A stretch of DNA of 63,785 nt, counting the filler, from Nemertoderma westbladi (Eukaryota > Animalia > Xenacoelomorpha), in the NCBI GenBank assembly GCA_032718475.1. It is 4 parts of 4 records of this genome, joined end to end, with 100 filler letters (N's around TTAATTAATTAA, not from the genome) between each part and the next. Parts side by side here need not be neighbours in the genome. Positions count along the whole stretch, not along the records: positions 23,626 to 44,183 come from JAUCBJ010007244.1; 3 more parts are not named here. One strand, given 5' to 3'. Numbering within the stretch: the first letter of the stretch is position 1; every line of letters begins with the position of its first letter. Positions 23,643-36,700 of this stretch are shown piece by piece. The position numbers and the translations under genes are program-made. A model generated the notes under the pieces. The model searched no databases. It had not been told where the DNA came from and was given only the letters and a program-made list of their open reading frames with translations.

Positions 23643-25229
23643 ATGACGGAGTTGATAGAAGATGATCTTGGTATCAGGGAGCGATATACTCTACCTTTAC
23701 AAACATTTGTGGATAGCTTGATACGCGGTGAAGCCGATCCAACCATTACAGAGGACGATGGTCGTTATATCGAACCGCCGATGTCCCAAGAGCAACTTAC
23801 GCGTGAATTGGACTATCGAAAATTCACCGCTCGCTATACGCATCGTAATGGTACGTATATGGACTTCTTAACTACCGGCCATCCTATCGACTTGCATGAT
23901 ACGGACGATGTAGACACCGAAAGGGAAATGGTTCTATTTAAATATCATACCCAGCGGAGTCGTAATGATAAACCGAGAATAGAACACGAAAATTCTATTC
24001 GTAACAGACTGGAAAGAGAAAACGTTGAAGAACCGGATAAACGCATCGACTTCAACGACTACCTGGAATTTTTGGGAGAAACCTATCTCAACATCGCCAG
24101 TCAGCAGAACCTCGAGACTCTATATCCTCAAGGTATACATCATGACCCCATGGTAGAACTCAAATGGCTCTATTTCACTATGATGTATCTTACCGCCGAT
24201 CGTCCACTACCTGTTATCCCGGATAGTTTTGAACAAATGGAAGAATATTGCAAAACTGGAGAACGATCACCCGCGTTTCCTCTACAGGATGTTGGTGTTA
24301 TTGTGACGAATGCCCTAGACCCAACCAACAAACTGAAGGACACAAACGTCCGCTGTTCCTATTTCCACGAACAACCGGCGATGGAAATTTATTGCGCGTA
24401 TTGCAGACTCAATAACTTGCACATTTTTGCGGTTTGCCCTCAATTTATGACTCAATGTCACCATTGTCAACTAAAGGGACACGCCAGTTTCGATTGCCCT
24501 TTTAATCACGATTTGGAAAGCGTAGATGAAATGATCACACTACGTTACATCAAAGCTTGGGAAGCGAACGCTGATTTACATTGTGATTCGCGCCATCGTT
24601 ATTATCCTGGACGCGCTTACGAAGGAGTTTATGCGTTCCATCCTTATCTATTCACTTCTGTCGAACAGAAATCACGCATATCGAGTTACGAACTACTGAA
24701 GCGCATCGGAGAATGTATTTCAACCAAGTTCTTACGCAAATTTCTCAGGAGTGTTAATCCTAGCGACCTTCATTCATATAACCTAATCAATTTTATCCGT
24801 CAGGATCCGGACTATGGAGACTTATTTGTTAACTCACACCCCGAGTTACAGGAAGTATATCGACGGCCTTACGAATACCGAGCCCGCGAACGCGAGTTGG
24901 AAAGAACCATTAAACCCAGGAAGTTTCTGACTGCCTATGGTCCACCCACGGCTCTCGTTCAGACCACTCGTAAAGGACCCGTAAGAGCGGCCGTCCTAAA
25001 ACGCGCTTTCAAGGCCGTTAGACCCCTCTCCCCCGACATTGATGTCAATCAACCCGGCACTTCGACTGGCGGATATACCGACCATAATCCTACACCCTCT
25101 GATGCAATCATATTGCACCCTTCACCCAGGAGTTATAGCCCTCCTTGTAAAGTGGCTCGCCCCAAAGAGAAAAAGACTCTGGCCAGCTTTAAAAAACTGC
25201 GTAAACGCCGTCCGCGCAAGAAAGACTAA
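23643..25229 (+). CDS. Double CCHC zinc-knuckle protein of at least 528 aa, extra ORF upstream of PPT/3' LTR; possibly 5'-partial
   Basis: Intact ORF whose frame is open back to the spacer. Motif YCAYCRLNNLHIFAVCP-x5-CHHCQLKGHASFDC; basic tail KKLRKRRPRKKD; stop is 77 bp before the LTR. Confidence 0.75.
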   Translation: MTELIEDDLGIRERYTLPLQTFVDSLIRGEADPTITEDDGRYIEPPMSQEQLTRELDYRKFTARYTHRNGTYMDFLTTGHPIDLHDTDDVDTEREMVLFKYHTQRSRNDKPRIEHENSIRNRLERENVEEPDKRIDFNDYLEFLGETYLNIASQQNLETLYPQGIHHDPMVELKWLYFTMMYLTADRPLPVIPDSFEQMEEYCKTGERSPAFPLQDVGVIVTNALDPTNKLKDTNVRCSYFHEQPAMEIYCAYCRLNNLHIFAVCPQFMTQCHHCQLKGHASFDCPFNHDLESVDEMITLRYIKAWEANADLHCDSRHRYYPGRAYEGVYAFHPYLFTSVEQKSRISSYELLKRIGECISTKFLRKFLRSVNPSDLHSYNLINFIRQDPDYGDLFVNSHPELQEVYRRPYEYRARERELERTIKPRKFLTAYGPPTALVQTTRKGPVRAAVLKRAFKAVRPLSPDIDVNQPGTSTGGYTDHNPTPSDAIILHPSPRSYSPPCKVARPKEKKTLASFKKLRKRRPRKKD

Positions 25230-25306
25230 CTGTTTAGAGTATTTACGTATATTAGAAACTGTGATTTTGTATATTTATAGACTTGAATCCCATTTTCTGG
25301 GAGCGG

Positions 25307-26498
25307 TGTAAAAGCTTTTGCGGATATAATCAGTCCCCTTGCCCGCAAAGTACCGTGTGGGTGTTTTAACGGACATAAAAGTCATTCTTCTATATGTGTG
25401 CTTTGGCGGACATGGCAAGGCACAAAACCCGCAATGCGTCAAATACTCTAGCACAGTGTAGCCTTTATGATTCAGATTACGACATCTAACAGCTGGTTGC
25501 TGGCATGGAAACGGCCGTTGGACACATGGTTCTTTGTTTAGCTTAACAGCCAATCAGGGCGATTTTTACTGTTGATGTGGAGATATTCTACAGATCGTGC
25601 TAGGCGTGTTCAGTCTTATAGTTTTCTGTGTTATAGTTGTTGTTGCTTCTAGGCCAAGAACACCGGCTCTGGAGTCAATTTGTTTCAGACTTTAGAAGAA
25701 ACATTAGTAGGCTTAGATTATAGAACGTATAACTGTTATCAGTACAATCAGTGCTACATTAATGCACGGTGCAAGTCACTGCAACATACATTATTATACT
25801 GCTATTTACTGTTGTCATTATTTGTATCAGTTGGTTGAATATTATTACTTGGAGAACATCGATAAATAACCCAAATTTCCCAATTTTCTTGATACACTAC
25901 AGGTTAGAGAGACAGGTTACATATAGCGATTGCGACTTATATTATCGTGGTTTGTAGTGAATTTAATGCTATTTGATAAGCACTACATGAGTCAATTGCT
26001 GTTCTCTTTATGTATGATAAAATTCATTGACAGTCGGCAGATTAGTGTGCAGTATTGTGCGGTACTGGTAGTGTGCATGATTGTGGCTGATAACTAAGCA
26101 TTTCCTAAAGAATGCGCCTCATACGTGAATCATAAGCCTTACCGACTTACCGTTGTGTTTAGTATAAGTCATATCTCTGTTTACCTAGATAGAGCGCCAC
26201 GTCCTAAAGGAACTGTTAATATTTCCCGAAAGTGAATAATATTGGTCAGAAATTATTTATTAACGATCAATCGAATAATACAGTAAGCTTACACTGCAAT
26301 AAAATCTAAGCCCTCCGAATCCAGTCTCCCGGGTATATCCAGCGGGTGAATGGACGCAGGACGCGCACTAGGCTGGCTTCGGCTAATGTTGTGTTTATTG
26401 GTATTAAATACTTGTCATATGTTAAAGTCTATTTATAAACCAAAAGACATATAAATTTTGGCAGGTTAAACTGCTAAAGGTCTTCAAAAGCGCGTACA
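25307..26498 (+). mobile_element. 3' LTR (~1.19 kb)
   Basis: PPT GGGAGCGG (25299-25306), then TGTAAAAGC...CGCGTACA. Collinear homolog of 29748..30941. Confidence 0.8.
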
Positions 26499-29400
26499 CT
26501 AATGGACATCAATTGTTGAAAAAACCGCGTATGCCAGGTTTCATCCAAAAATATTAATCCCTTACCCCGGCACCACATATTACAATTTTTATAACGAAAA
26601 CAAAAATTGCAAGTATTTCGAAAAAAATTTTGTTCGCAAAATCTATCCTCCCATTCAGATTTTTAATGCATGCGACTTGAAGGTGCAAAATATAAAATTT
26701 TAGTCTATGAGAATGATCCCTCACCCCAGCACCACAAAGCGAAAATTAAATAAAAATGAAAATATATTTTTCTAAATTATTTTAATATGGCGCCGTTAAC
26801 AAAATATATCAATGTAACAATACAGTATATGTATTATTTGTTTATTTAGCCGCACTCGCCAACAACGATTAATGCATTTTCTATCAATATGCTGTTGGCC
26901 TATTACAGAGGGAAATTCAAACTACTATATGTCTGCTCTTAAAATTTAGCATCAGCAGTTCATTTTGCCTACCGGTACCGGTAAATAATATAGTTTTGAT
27001 TTATCATTCAGTGTATCTACCTACATATATCATAGAATGTCTACAGACAAAGTAACAACACCTGGGGGGCCGACTACACGCAAGCAGCTCACTCATGAAC
27101 TTTTTGGAACACCTGGTCCACTACGTGAAAATGTCTTGCCTCTTCAAATTGATGTATTATTGCGGGCATTTATCTGGGAAAAGTCTGAATCTAAGAAACT
27201 CACAGGATATGATGTAGCGAATAAAACTGCCGCTTTACAGCTAACAGAAAAACTTATAAAGATATATAATACTGCGTCAATTCCAACAATCGGACGATAT
27301 AAAATAGCTGAAAAACTATTAAGACTGTATGATTCACGTAAAAGTGTTGAACGAATTCCAAGGAAACTAGAGCGGCGTGCAGCAGAGTTTGAGAGAAAAA
27401 GGGCAGAGTTTATGGAGAGTCTCGATAATATATTTGTAGTGGCTGATGTCAACAATATTCCCGCGTGTGAACGTGCTTTTTACGAGGATCAAACTAATAA
27501 ACGTGCGATGGTCATTGGAAGAACAGATTGGGCGTCTACTAGGAAAAATCTTCTTGGGTTAAAGCGAAAATTAAGGATGCGTCGAGCTTCTGAATCCGAT
27601 TTACCCTATGAACCCGATGTATCCGATGAATCCGATGTACCCTCTTCACCTGAATATGACAGTAACAATTCCGACGACGAGGATTTTGTACCCCCATTTC
27701 GATCATGTGATCACATGTCTGCACGTTCGAGTAGCGGGAAACCATATCCAAAGTTAGCGAGAGCCCTTGATCGTTAGGATATCTGACAGAGCAGGGGCTT
27801 CTATTGCATCAGCTGTCCTGGAGGATTTGAATTTAATTTCATGCACTAATATATCAGCTATTGTGGATAGAAGTAAAGTTAGACGTGAACGTCGTAGTGG
27901 CCGCCAAGTAATGAAGTTTGATAGTGCTCTCTCGGGGTTGTACTTTGATGGGCGAAAAGACAAGACTTATGGTCATTCAGAAGATCGATGGAAAGTTTCG
28001 CCGAAAGCTCATAGTTGAGGAGCACATCAGTTGACTCTCTGAACCCGGGTCGGTTTACATCGATCATGTTTCACCTAAGTCTGGTAAAGCTACTGATATT
28101 TTTAAGGCAATAAAGGAAAGTGTGGACCTCAGTAGTGTTCGTGTTATTGGTTGTGACGGGACTGGAGTCAACACAGGGAAGATTAATGGTATAATTAGAA
28201 TCGCAGAATGTGAACTCAAAAAACCACTTCAATGGCATGTGTGCCTACTCCACTTTAATGAGCTGCCGCTCAGACATTTATTTCTTCATCTGGATGGCAC
28301 TTCCATGGGACCGGGCGTTTTTACTGGCCCTATTGGTAAGGCCCTTGTTAACTGTGAGAATTTGGAACTTAAACAATTTCAACCAATTTGTATTTCTGAT
28401 CAAAGCCTAATAACAGAAATGCCTAAAGATCTTAACAGTGACCAAAAATACTTGTACGAAATTTTCAACAGTGTTATAAATGGAGTATGTTCTCAGAGTT
28501 TGGCTAATCCTTCACCTGGAAAGATGGTTCAGAGTCGATGGCTCACTTTCGCTAGCTGCATATTACGGCTTTATGTTTCGACCTCAGACCCAGGTAGAAA
28601 CTTGCTGGAATTGGCAACGTTTGTTGTAAAAGTATACACTCCCATGTGGTTCCACATTAAGGAACATTGGCAATGCTATAATGGACCAAAACATGTTTTT
28701 AATTCCATTTCATTATCCCACTACCTTCCAGATGATCTGCGAGCAGTAGTTAATAGAACAATACAAAGGAATGCCTTTTTCTCCCATACTGAGAACATAT
28801 TGGTGGCGTTTTGTTGCGACAAGAATCAAGCTATTCGTGAACTTGGATATCGTAGAATAATGATGGCCAGAGAAAAGGCTCGAATAGACCCAAGATCAAT
28901 GGTTCGTCGATTTGTATTACCTCAACTGAACTTTGAAGCAGCCAGCTATCTAGATCTCGTGAGCTTGGAATTCTGGCGTATGAATCGCTTTGAGCCACCA
29001 CTGACAGGTGATATTCCAGCAGAAAAGTTTATTGGATATCCGTTGTTGTACGACATAAAGCCAGATGTAGCTGGACTTCCTTGTCACACACAAGCCGTTG
29101 AACACCTCGTTAAGTTGGTGACTGAAGCTTCTGCTTCAGTGTGTGGTAGGACATCACGTAGTGGTCTAATTCGCCAGACATTTGCATCACGCAAAGAGCG
29201 ACCTATGTTTGAAACCAAACGCAATTATTACACAAATATAAATGTATCACCATAAACTAATACTTGTTTCAAAGTCACCGAAAATAATATTGTTTCAAAT
29301 TATTATCTGGGGTACAGTATTATAAATTCGAATAAAAAAAATTATGTGGTTTCAAATTTGTGAAATATGTTATTGATTTGCCATAGCTGGCCAGGCCATG

Positions 29401-29708
29401 TACGAAGAGAACATTTACTTTTTATTCTTGAATTTTCAATTTGTGGTGCTGGGGTAAGGGATCATTCTCATAGACTAAAATTTTATATTTTGCAAATCTG
29501 AATGGGAGGATAGATTTTGCGAACAAAATTTTTTTTCGAAATACTTGCAATTTTCGTTTTCGTTATAAAAATTGTAATATGTGGTGCCGGGGTAAGGGAT
29601 AAATATTTTTGGATGAAACCTGGCATATGCGGTTTTTTCAAAAATTTATGTCCATTAGTGAGTGGGAGAGTGAAATATTTGAAAAAAAATATTTTTCACT
29701 CCACCCTA
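26499..29708 (+). mobile_element. hAT-superfamily (hATx/hATm-like) DNA transposon with long TIRs; left TIR truncated by the LTR
   Basis: 26499..26750 is the inverse of 29435..29660. Right end is ...CTCCACCCTA (TAGGG terminus). Confidence 0.8.
27037..29255 (+). pseudogene. hAT-type DDE transposase, frameshifted
   Basis: GLYFDGRKDKT, IGCDGTGVNTG, QWHVCLLHFNELPLRHL, SRWLT and PCHTQAVEHLVKLVTEAS, spread across ORFs 27037..27777, 27767..28018 and 28122..29255. Confidence 0.85.
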
Positions 29709-29747
29709 ATGGCCAGGTTGGAATTTATGTAGAGTTTGCTCAACATG

Positions 29748-30941
29748 TGTAAAGGCTTTTGCGGATATAACTAGTCATTTTCCCCGCAAAGTACTTTGTA
29801 GGTGTTTTAGCGGACATAAAAAGCCGTTTTCTTACTATGTAGGTGTTTTAGTGGACATAAAAAGCCATTTTTCTGTTTGTGTACTTTAGCGGACATAACA
29901 AGCCATTTTATGCGGCAATACGCCAAAATACTCTTAATACAGTGTAGTTCAGATGACGACATCTATCAGCTGATATGTCGATGTGGAGCTTTTTGGCTTT
30001 CTTTGTTCGGCTCGCTCGACCAATCAGAGCGATTTTCATTTTATCTTGTACAGAAGCCTACGGAAGATCGCGCAATGCATTATGGTCTTTGTTTACCTTT
30101 TTTCCTGAGCCCAGAACATCGGCTTTGGATTTATTCTGTGTTTCAGACTTTAGCAAAACATTAGAATGGCTTTGATCATAGAAACGTATAACTGTTATCT
30201 AATCATATCTCATATCAAACCTATCATATCATAACTTAACTATACGTACCTTTCACCGCATTATTTTACTGCTATTTACTGTCGGTTATTAATTGTTATC
30301 AGTTGATGGATATGTTGCTATATTTGGAGAATATCGATAAATAATCATAAACCCCAATCTTCTTGATATACTTAAGGTTAGAGAGACCGGTTACCTGTAG
30401 CAATTGCGACTTACATTATAGTGGTTTTGGAGTGAATTGAATGCTATTTCATAGACCCTACATGTGTCAGTTGCTGTTCTCCTTATATATGACTAAAATT
30501 AGTGAAGGTCGGCAGATCAGTGTGCAGCAGTGTGCGGTAGTGTGCATGAATGTGATAGATAACAAAGCATTTCCTAAAGAATGCGCTTTATACGAAAATC
30601 ATTAGCCATCCCGTTGCGTTTGGTGTAAGTCATAACTCTGTTTACATACTTAGAGCGCCACGTCCTAAAGGAACTGTTAATATTTCCCGAAAGTGAATAA
30701 TATTTGTCAGAGATTATATATTAACGATCAATCGAATAGTACAGTAAGTCTACACCACAATAAGGTCAGAGCATCCGAATCCAGTCTCCCTTAACCGTGG
30801 GTGAATGGTCGCGCATAGGCTGGCTTCGGCTAATGTAACTTTATGTGTATCAAATACTTGTTATAGGCTAAAGTCGATTTACAAACTAGAAGATACCTAA
30901 AATTAGCGGGTTAAACTGCTAAAGGTCTAAAAGCGCGAACA
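29748..30941 (+). mobile_element. LTR, diverged relative of 25307..26498 (no clear PBS, PPT or TSD)
   Basis: TGTAAAGGC...CGCGAACA. Shares long identical blocks such as AGAGCGCCACGTCCTAAAGGAACTGTTAATATTTCCCGAAAGTGAATAATATT. Confidence 0.75.
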
Positions 30942-31503
30942 ATAACAGTTATACCTTCTTTATTGCAACGTAGGCAATAAAGGCAAAAGTACCGGTCGAC
31001 CGGTAACCAGTAGGCCTAACTACCTAACCACCCGAACCGGTACTTACAGCAGTACAGGTACATCAGTATTATTCGATTGTGATAATTATATACCGGTAGG
31101 TCTTGATATTTAATCAGGGACTGCAGCCCTGGTTTTTTATTGGGATTTTACTTATTTCTGTCAGTTTTATTTATCTGTAAGTTAATATTGAGCAGAAGGC
31201 GTGTAAGCCTGCTCAGATTGTATAGATAATTTGTAGGCTGGATTGTTGTCTGGCTGTTGTTAAGTCTGAAGAGATTGCAGTGTGTGTAGAGTGTATGTCC
31301 GATAAAGTACTAGTTAGGAACGTGGGGTATCCAGTGCTGTAAGGTAAATCCCCCCCCCCCCCCCCCCCCGAAAGAATAAGTCGTACTACTCGGTTAGAAC
31401 GCATACTAACTTACCATTTCGGAGTCTGCATATACTGTAGTTTATTTAGGCTTGATAGTAGTCTGCCAGCGTTTGGTCTGTATTTTGTTTGTGTAGTCTT
31501 TAC

Positions 31504-32337
31504 TAGGGCTCGATCGGAGCTCCGGCCTCCGGCTCCGGCTCCGGCTCCGGCCATTTTGGCACCTCCGGCTCCTGCTCCGGCTCCGGTAAAAATATTGCCG
31601 GAGTTAATGTTTTAATAAAGTATTATATTTCATGCATATTCTAATCCAGTAATCTGAACAATTATTTACACTATAAGTATGAAGTATTGTAGTACCGGTA
31701 CAGCTTCAATCCTGCAATCTGTCAATATCAAGCATAATACTGCAGTAATTACTTAGTCAATGACTGACTGACTGTCTGACTGTACTGCAGTACTGGTACT
31801 GGCCAGCTGGCTGACTAGCAGCGGACTGTTACAGATAGGCCCTACTGTAAAAAATTGTTGTAAATGCTATGATTGTACACTGTACCACTGCAGCCATTTA
31901 CTGACTGTCATGCCAGCATAATGTACTGCAGTACGGGTACTGGTACACGTACGGTACAGCGGTAGGCTGGTAGGCTACCTACAGTACACACCTCTACCAC
32001 AGTCAGACAGTGCACAGTCTGACAGTTAGTGAGTTAGGTACTGTAGGTAATTTTTAGCCGTCAGCGTCAGGCCGTCTGTCCGTGATAAATTAATTACTTA
32101 AATTTTAAATTGAAAATTCGTAAATCTATAATTTATGAAATTAATTAGACCTACAGTACAGCAGTATGATTGATTATGAGCGATTGGCGAACGATAACCA
32201 TACTTTATATTTTTAAATAAATAATTAATTTTTGAAAATTTTTGAAAAACTCCGGCTCCTGCTCCGGCTCCGGCCAAATTGTCCAACTCCGGCTCCTGCT
32301 CCGGCTCCGGCCAAATCCCAACTCCGATCGAGCCCTA
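31504..32337. mobile_element. hAT-type MITE
   Basis: 16-bp TIR TAGGGCTCGATCGGAG, 8-bp TSD GTCTTTAC on both sides, subterminal CTCCGG repeats. Confidence 0.9.
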
Positions 32338-33725
32338 GTCTTTACGGGTAGCGTAATATTTATTATTCAGAGTTTATGCGATTATTCGCAACATTCACAC
32401 CCCCAAGTTTATTCCTACAGTAATTGTGCTTGTTATACATACCCTTATAGTTAAATTAACCCCGGTACTACATCAGGGCTGTTTGGCGTAGGTAAAGACT
32501 GGTGATTTTATGCTCTGGTCACTCCGGCAGATACCGTGGTTCTTTTAGCTGTACAAGTATTTTTAACTGCTGGTTATTTGTTGTATAAGTACTTGTACCT
32601 AATTTAGGGTTTAGTGTACAGTGCTTTCCGAAGGTAATTAGTGTGTAGGCAGTATATTTGTGTTGTAAAGTGGTTAATAGGCACGTTAGCTATGGTTGGC
32701 TGCGGTAATTAACTTCTAGGTAGGAACACTCCGGGTACATAACGTAGTACTTATAGAGCTGTAAAGCTAGAGACTATAAGTCATCAGACAGTGGTATTTT
32801 CCTATCTAGACAATACAATATATTTACTACTGCTTTATTATTTTCAAATACCGTAGTATCTTGTCCGTTTGTAATAACCAGATATTCTAACTCCTTGTTA
32901 GGCTGGTTTGTAGATTCCCTGTAAAATTAACCCTAAAAAAATTCGTACGTGTAATTTTTGTGTTTATTTAGAGATTGTAATCTCACCCCTTAATTGTACG
33001 TAATTTGTAGTAATAAGTAACTTAGTAAATTAGAATTATTTGTTTTAAGTGTCCAACAAGTAGCACTTCACTGAGAGCGTACAGCTTCTGTGTAGTGACT
33101 CCTTACCAGAAATAATAACATTTATTTCAAATATTGACAAAACCCATTACAGGGTATATATATATATATATTATAAATAAACTCAAACCGATTTATAAAA
33201 TAGTAGGCCTGTCATACAACAATTAGGTCTTAATATCAGTTGGACTACTGCTTAAATAACGGTAATAAAGTGAAGTAAAGTAACTAAGTAACCCTAAAAA
33301 TTCAGAAATTCAATTATTCTAAAATAATTGACGTACCGGTATTTACGATAGGCTTATTATATTTATTTCTATAAATTTAAGCTGAAAATATATACCGGTA
33401 TTCTGTAATTAATTCTAGTCTATAATTATACTTATATATATACTATAAGTGTAAGCTGTATACCGGTATTCACGTTAGGCTTATTATATATCTATATATT
33501 TGCGCTGAAATTATATACCGGTATTCTGTGACGAACCCTAATATTCGATCTGTAATAATACTTATATACTATAAGTGTATACCGGTATTCTAATATATTG
33601 TATATATATCACGTTACATAGAGTAACGATATCGGTAATTAATTACTAGGCTAACAGTGATACTGAATTACTAGACTTGCTTTAACTGTAATTATAGCAG
33701 TAGGCATTCAACTGTACAAACAAAC

Positions 33726-36700
33726 ATGTCTGACACAAAGCAAAACCTGTCAGACAGTCTCCTAGATACAACCATCTGTGATCCAGATAGGAGTGTGGAA
33801 CGTTTGAGACCGAAGTTCAACTCACCTCCTACTGTAAGAAAGATCATCCCTCCAGTAGTAGTATCAGACCCTAGGCTAGTCAAACACCGTAGGTCTATCA
33901 TAGGCACTCGGGCTCAAGTCAAGCGTGACCAAGAGGCAGCCGTTAAACAACAGCAACACTCGAGCTGAGAACTTATTTCTCAGCGGCCTGATAGCTCTAG
34001 TAGTTCAGATACTGTAGAGTTTACACCCGAGCGCGGAGCAAAGATGGCAGAAGCAGTTTATTCAGATCCACTTCTCATTCTTCTTGAAGCCGTACTCACT
34101 AGAGTATTGATTGCGGTGGAGGAACACCAAATCGATTGGGCGAGAAGTAAGCGATCGACCAAGGACAGTTATGCGGGATACACAAGGGAGGAACTGAAGT
34201 CTATTGTCGAGTCGCAATGGAACTTCCCCGGACCCGGACTCCCGTTTAACTTATCGGAAGCTGCCTGGGAGGACTTATACAGGATGGGATTGACAAAAGA
34301 CACTAGTGATCCAGCTGTGTGGAAGAGGTCGGCAGCAGGATATGTACAGGGATTCTTCAGCTCTTTGGAGCGATTAGAGGAACAACTGTTTCAACAACCC
34401 CAAGGACCTCAAGAGCAGGGAGAGCTGCTTTATCAAGTTAGAGAAAGAATTCTAAGAATCAGACTAATCCTATCGGCCTTTGAGGAAGCTTCGAAAAGAA
34501 GACAAGACACGTCGTTGCAAGTTGCCGTAAAGACTTGGTTCCAGCGGGTGGGTCTCAAGGTTCAAGGAACGGCCCAGTGGAAATTTCAGCTGGCTGAGCG
34601 CTCAACCCATGGAGAATCAACAGACGCTACCTTTTCTCAAGTGGAAAGCGAAGCGACAGCAGAGAAACCACAGAAGAAGGATGCTATTGACATCTATCTG
34701 TCGGACTATCAACGATTTCTAGGTGACGAAGAGTTTAGGAGACGGCTGGCTGGACTTCGTCCTAATAGTGAAGGAGCCAAGTTTGTGTTGGACGCAATAG
34801 ATGCGGAAATGTTAGCTGCGAACCAAGCTAAATTTGATGAAAGCATCCGCATCGCTAGGGTCCAAGAAGAACAGGTAAAGAAAAAACGTATAGAAGACAG
34901 AAAGATAGCAGCAGCGGCAGCGGCAGAAGTTGAAAGAAAAGCGGCAGCGGCAGCGGCAAAGGCAGAGGCTGAAAGAAAAGCGGCAGAAGCGGAAAGAAAA
35001 GCGGCAGAAGTGGAAAGGAAAGCGGCAATGGCAGCGGCAGAAGCGGAAAGAAAAGAGGCAGAAGCGGAAAGAAAGGTAGCAGCGGCAGAAGCGGAAAGAA
35101 AAGCGGCAGAGGCAGTGGCAGAAGCAGAATGGAGGGCGTCTGAAGAGACCACCCAACTAGAGTTGGAAAATCTTCAAGAGAAGCAAGACTACATAGATAA
35201 ACAGAGAACAGCTAGTCAGTGGCAGATGATAAGTCGATCTACTCCCAAGAGACAGGGATTTACATCATCTGATGAAGGCGATACAGATCCTGGAGGCGGA
35301 GGAAATAGATCTCGTCTCAGCAGGCGTAGAAGAACGCCCCACCGTCAGAAATTGCCTAATTTGCCCCCAGCTGTGAGAAGGCAACTAGCTAGCACAGACT
35401 TAGGTAGTACAGAAACCACAGACCAAATTATTAGAGTAGAAAGACTCCCTACTATAGTGGATGAACCTGAAATAATTAGACCTGTTCTCGAAGCCACTCC
35501 CTCTGTAATAGAGACCACTGTACTTCCAGAACCGAACTCTAAATTCCCTTTGCACAGTACTAAACTACCTGTATCCGGTGGGACAGTTCCTCAGTCAACT
35601 CCGGTCCTGGACGCCGAGCGAGACATTAACAATTTGTCGCCCGTCGTCCCTCGTCTACCCGCTACTATGTTGGCGGCTCCCGCTTCGGCGGTTGAGTGGG
35701 TGGATGAGCGACGGCGGGGGATGGATATTCTCCTCGGGCAGATGGAGGAGAATCAGGCTCGCTCCTCCCAACAGGTCCGAGAGTTGGAGGGGACTGTTCA
35801 ACAGTTAAAGGGAACAGTAAGAGAAAGTAAGTTAGAATTACAGGAAGTGCAGCAGAGTATCGCGTTAGAACGCGATAAGTTAGTAAATCTACAAAAGGGT
35901 ATACCAACACCCCCTGTAACAATGTGTCAACCTGTTAGGTCTGAAGTATTTCATGCGCAAGGTGTGGAGCCTACACGCATCTATACTGCTAGTGAAGTAG
36001 AAACTCCTATAGTAAACCCTATTAAAGGTAATTATAAACCTGTTGACAATGATATTCCATATAGACCTGATAATAATCCGAGAAATTTATATACCGATAA
36101 CTCGATATTAAATAATACGATGGCCCAAGAAAGTTTTACACGTCAAATGGCTAGAACCGAAGCCCGTCAAGCGGTAAAGGTGGGAGAGATCGTCAAGTTC
36201 AATGGAGATGAGATGAAATGGTTACCTTTTAATGAATATTACAAAGATAACATACAGAACTCTGTACTATCTAACGGAGAGAAACTTAGATTCCTCATCG
36301 AGTGTTTGGAAGGACCTCCCAAGTTAATGGCGTTAAAGTTTATTGGACATCCAGATGGATTAAGACAAGTTTGGAATACCTTAAACATCAGGTATGGTAA
36401 TAGGAATAACATAGCTAGGTATTTGTATGCAAAATTGGTAGCGCCCCGAAAGTTCATTAGCAGCGGGATTATAGAGTTTTCCGATGAGATTCAGGAGATC
36501 TGTAGACAATTAGATTGGCTAGGTAAGTCTCATGAATATCAGAGTTCTATGGTTATTGGAGCCGTAGCATCTACTTTGCCAAAGGGTGGAGTAGGTACAC
36601 GCTGGGATAAGAAAGTGTTATATATGATGGAACAACAACGACGAGACCCTACCATGGCTGATCTCATGTCATTCTTAGATGGAGAGGTAAAATTACAGCT

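Noticed and set aside
34709-35156. Antisense Ala/Ser- or Cys/Arg/Phe-rich ORFs
   Set aside because: Shadows of the gag coiled-coil repeat.
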